Shown here in pieces: positions 62,201-64,000 of a stretch of DNA of 64,000 bases; within the stretch, counting starts at the first letter, position 1, and each line of letters opens with the position of its first letter. The stretch covers positions 682,001 through 746,000 of the forward strand of contig LSRY02000021.1 of the NCBI GenBank assembly GCA_001643675.2. The letters run 5' to 3'. The stretch comes from Monocercomonoides exilis PA203. Taxonomy: Eukaryota > Protista > Preaxostyla. Both the position numbers and the translations under genes were made by a program. A model generated the notes under the pieces. It searched no databases, was not told the DNA's origin, and saw nothing but the letters and a program-made list of their open reading frames with translations.

Positions 62201-64000
62201 AACATAACGTTTTTGCTGAACCATTCGATTGGAAACAGGGCATCGTTCATATCGTTGCAAAGTGCGACTCTGTCGTTAACCAGCTGCTCGATTGGAAAGA
62301 CATCTGAGACCGAGTCCATTGAATACACAGCTGTGATGGCATCTGGTGGGGTGCTAACAGTCACTTCGCTGTCGGTGGCTGCTGACCAAGCGCTTTCGTT
62401 CAGTGCGCCAATGCTTCTGCTGAGTGGAAGTGTGGTGTGCAATTTGTTTGGTGCAACTCTGTCGAGCATTGCGACAACCGGTCCTCAGAGCTTCGTTGAA
62501 GCAAGCTCGTCTGGGCTGACCAACATCACCAACTGTTCGTTTGGTGGGTTCTCTCTTGCGAAGCGTGGGATGATACACAGCGAAAACGGTGGCTCGTTGT
62601 ATGTTGGAGGCTCTTCATTTGCAGATGTGAGCCTTTTGAACGGAAACGGGTCGTGCATCGATTTTGCAGCAGGAGAGGATGCATTTCATTATGTGACAGT
62701 TTTCAATTGCTCGTTTCAGGGATGTTCAGTGCTGAATAATGGGCAGTCGGGAGGAGGAATATTTGCCTCTCTGAAAAGCAGCTGCGAGCTGTTGATAAAT
62801 TCGACAAGCTTTTTATCGTGCACAGCGCCTTCAGAAATGCTGAGTGGATTCGGTGGAGGCATTTCGTTGTTTGCTCTGCAATCTGATGCATCGTTTGCGA
62901 TTGATGCGCCTTCTTTTTCGGATGAGCTTCCCAACAAAGCGAAGTGCGGGAATGATATTTTTGTGTCTTCTCCTGACCTTGCATCGAGTGTCAATAGGGA
63001 ATCATTCTGCTTCTACGACGAGCAGAATCCGTTTTCTGCTGCTTCGTGTGTGGGAATTGATGAGAAAGGGGGAAATTTGATGATTCCTCTTGTGTGCTAT
63101 TTGAGATCATTTTCTGATATTATTTACATTTCAGCCGAGGGAAGTGATGTGCCTGTCTGCGGGTATGTTGACTTTGGATGCCGGACACTCGGCTTCTCAT
63201 TTACTCGGCTGCCAGGAAGAAAGAAAGCTGTCACGATAACAAGCGAATATGCTGTTGGAGAAAGCTGCGTGCTGAGTGATGCAAATGGATACAGCATTTC
63301 TGGTCTTGAAACGAAGACAAGACTGAAAATGGAGGGAAACGAGACGCAAGCGATGTCTGTTATGGAGGTCAGAGCAGCAGTGTTCTTTTCGTGTTTCTTC
63401 ATTGAGATGGCGTCTTCTCTTCATTCGACGAAAAGTGCAGTATTTTATGTTGCAGATTCAAATGGAGTGCTTGAAATTGAAAACTGTGAGTGCCAGCCAG
63501 AATCTGGGGTCTCCTCAATCTCCTATTGTTTATTTGCAGCCAAGACTGGAAAATTGGTGGTGAATGGATTCGTCATGAGCAACGTGCAGTTCTCGGCAGG
63601 CGCAGCTGTTGTGGTGAACGAGTCAGGAGCATGTGAAATAATGAGCATGATATTTGAAAATGTCACGTCCAGTGCAAATGGAGAAATAATGAAGTATTCT
63701 TCGACTGGGGAGATGAATGTCAACAAAAGCCACTTTTCTTCTTCAATGGAATCAACATCCTCTATAATCTTTGATGAGGACGGGGCAGTGTTGTGTGTGA
63801 GCAACACAACCTTCTCTGAGATTGGCCGATCGGAAGGGCAAGGCGGGGCTGTTGAAGGGGTTGTGGGAGATGGATGCCGAATGGTGCTGGAAGGAGTGGT
63901 GTTTCTCAATTGCTGCACCGAGGACGGCTGTGGAGGAGGGTTGGGGCTGAGTGTGTCAGGAACAGGACATCTTGAAATGGGGAAAGAGGAGTTGAATTCA
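59264..64000 (+). CDS. Large secreted/surface beta-helix protein with GGA(I/V)/FxN repeats (Pmp-like, adhesin-like), running off the window end
   Basis: ATG 59264 gives MDLTAFFLFFLFLKSIKS (signal-peptide-like). The same frame carries YEGGAV, FGGGAI, YGGAI, ENGGAF, KGGAL, SGGGI, QGGAV and repeated D..CG....PC.T motifs through to 64000. It is absent from the ORF track, presumably because no stop falls in the window. Frame continuity was checked at both ends, not codon by codon. Confidence 0.88.
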   Translation, partial: MDLTAFFLFFLFLKSIKSNDNSRSPENIKFENIFYVNIQNLSNSLFRLQNELQIEKPDGKNAIGTTFLEHCSAGWNFCEKYEHNQKYCLFSMLNSTVLLDSISVRGSERPVVLLRDIQAECCFCNCLFWRNWDSDNFCDSFGGLLRLENISFLCSTPNVACGFVLSNSLALSSRIHLKRCTMHSFSVNSMNPFLSAENMESVAVDECHFENITHKPDAMRRKGLAEEREFVGNGIGMIEVESSSFFNVVDADCGCIFDGYHTFHHYLSFNCSFIASRAQANNTRQVNSSGNVVLRDSLFTVVSEVYEGGAVLITGNATLTIERTTFLNCKCAFLKNDFGGGAISATGTGFISIANSSFKNNSCVSLYGGAIRIYMKSAGDVSITDSTFIENEGPHFGAFEIIEQASTTIVDSCTFYRNKAKTYYGGSISFGRIFCNNSLLSNCSFKESSSAMYAGAIFISRNATIAYPTEIRFLFFDQNTCRNNKGTDIAIRSSNLTFYNANNFSTCFSTSLEKRIVFCTNEGEWDCITHEPKENWIPTNDPLLIHVDPSKEDNVACGNVGRECKTIGFAITRWLQPELQKVYVSRVNHLETSIAINGRNVKTSIEGSGDRPTITSKNLDGWLVTITTGSFTVTDFSIVVDTSVSLESSLFLVSNAEGKLNLVQCEIAADSTNRVLEHSQFSLLGGTVNLTLCEIRGFSLQGCGLFQKESASSLLFEGGSVCDIARSRGNGTIIGKTLGDGEILAISNITFRNCTSSAENGGAFGLCLDSGSQLRIGQMSQVAFEECSAPNSEKQGKGGALYLLFDQGANDFILKSISFSGCRAWKGKNVFVDGGNLSSLVKASSFAFNPQTEDELTDFDELSGYDAGDRSKVIPLVLYLRTFSSPAYVSGDESDADDTFCGYKDYPCRTVEGAAAFRFANSACELSLLPSFAFLKELTLASQSYVFGAASQGQATEVGSSSVKSREMLVSVSVPSTFANITFLLNHSIGNRASFISLQSATLSLTSCSIGKTSETESIEYTAVMASGGVLTVTSLSVAADQALSFSAPMLLLSGSVVCNLFGATLSSIATTGPQSFVEASSSGLTNITNCSFGGFSLAKRGMIHSENGGSLYVGGSSFADVSLLNGNGSCIDFAAGEDAFHYVTVFNCSFQGCSVLNNGQSGGGIFASLKSSCELLINSTSFLSCTAPSEMLSGFGGGISLFALQSDASFAIDAPSFSDELPNKAKCGNDIFVSSPDLASSVNRESFCFYDEQNPFSAASCVGIDEKGGNLMIPLVCYLRSFSDIIYISAEGSDVPVCGYVDFGCRTLGFSFTRLPGRKKAVTITSEYAVGESCVLSDANGYSISGLETKTRLKMEGNETQAMSVMEVRAAVFFSCFFIEMASSLHSTKSAVFYVADSNGVLEIENCECQPESGVSSISYCLFAAKTGKLVVNGFVMSNVQFSAGAAVVVNESGACEIMSMIFENVTSSANGEIMKYSSTGEMNVNKSHFSSSMESTSSIIFDEDGAVLCVSNTTFSEIGRSEGQGGAVEGVVGDGCRMVLEGVVFLNCCTEDGCGGGLGLSVSGTGHLEMGKEELNS

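Noticed and set aside
59370-63918. Short ORFs listed in the track at the 3' end
   Set aside because: They are shadows of the single long + strand frame starting at 59264.
1-64000. Non-standard genetic code (TAA/TAG = Gln, as in some oxymonads and diplomonads)
   Set aside because: Multi-kb Gln-rich ORFs are free of TAA/TAG, and conserved proteins end at TAA, TAG or TGA where expected.

Overview
This is a eukaryotic, intron-containing window read with the standard genetic code. It has very AT-rich intergenic DNA, short GT-AG introns and huge Ser/Glu low-complexity proteins. The style most resembles an oxymonad such as Monocercomonoides; this is an inference, not verified. Genes in order: 5'-truncated GH20 beta-hexosaminidase; Ser-rich protein with three CCHC zinc knuckles; ELAPOR/KIAA1324-like receptor; pseudokinase-SH3 protein; six-exon Voa1/Ac45-like V-ATPase accessory protein; TmcB-like membrane protein; a second, inverted Voa1/Ac45-like copy; very degenerate pseudokinase with ARM-like repeats; ~3100-aa DYRKP-like pseudokinase; Lag1-type ceramide synthase; and a 3'-truncated GGAI/FxN beta-helix surface protein missing from the ORF track. 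The most striking structure is a set of nested inverted repeats at 16.8-40.0 kb. Two ~3.3-kb inverted arms, each carrying the whole Voa1-like gene, enclose a nest of four TIR elements. The largest is a 5.4-kb non-autonomous element with 463-bp apparently identical TIRs (GGG...CCC) and a 4-bp ATTT target duplication. It carries decayed, intron-containing host gene fragments instead of a transposase, like a Pack-type element. All alignments and splice models were made by eye.
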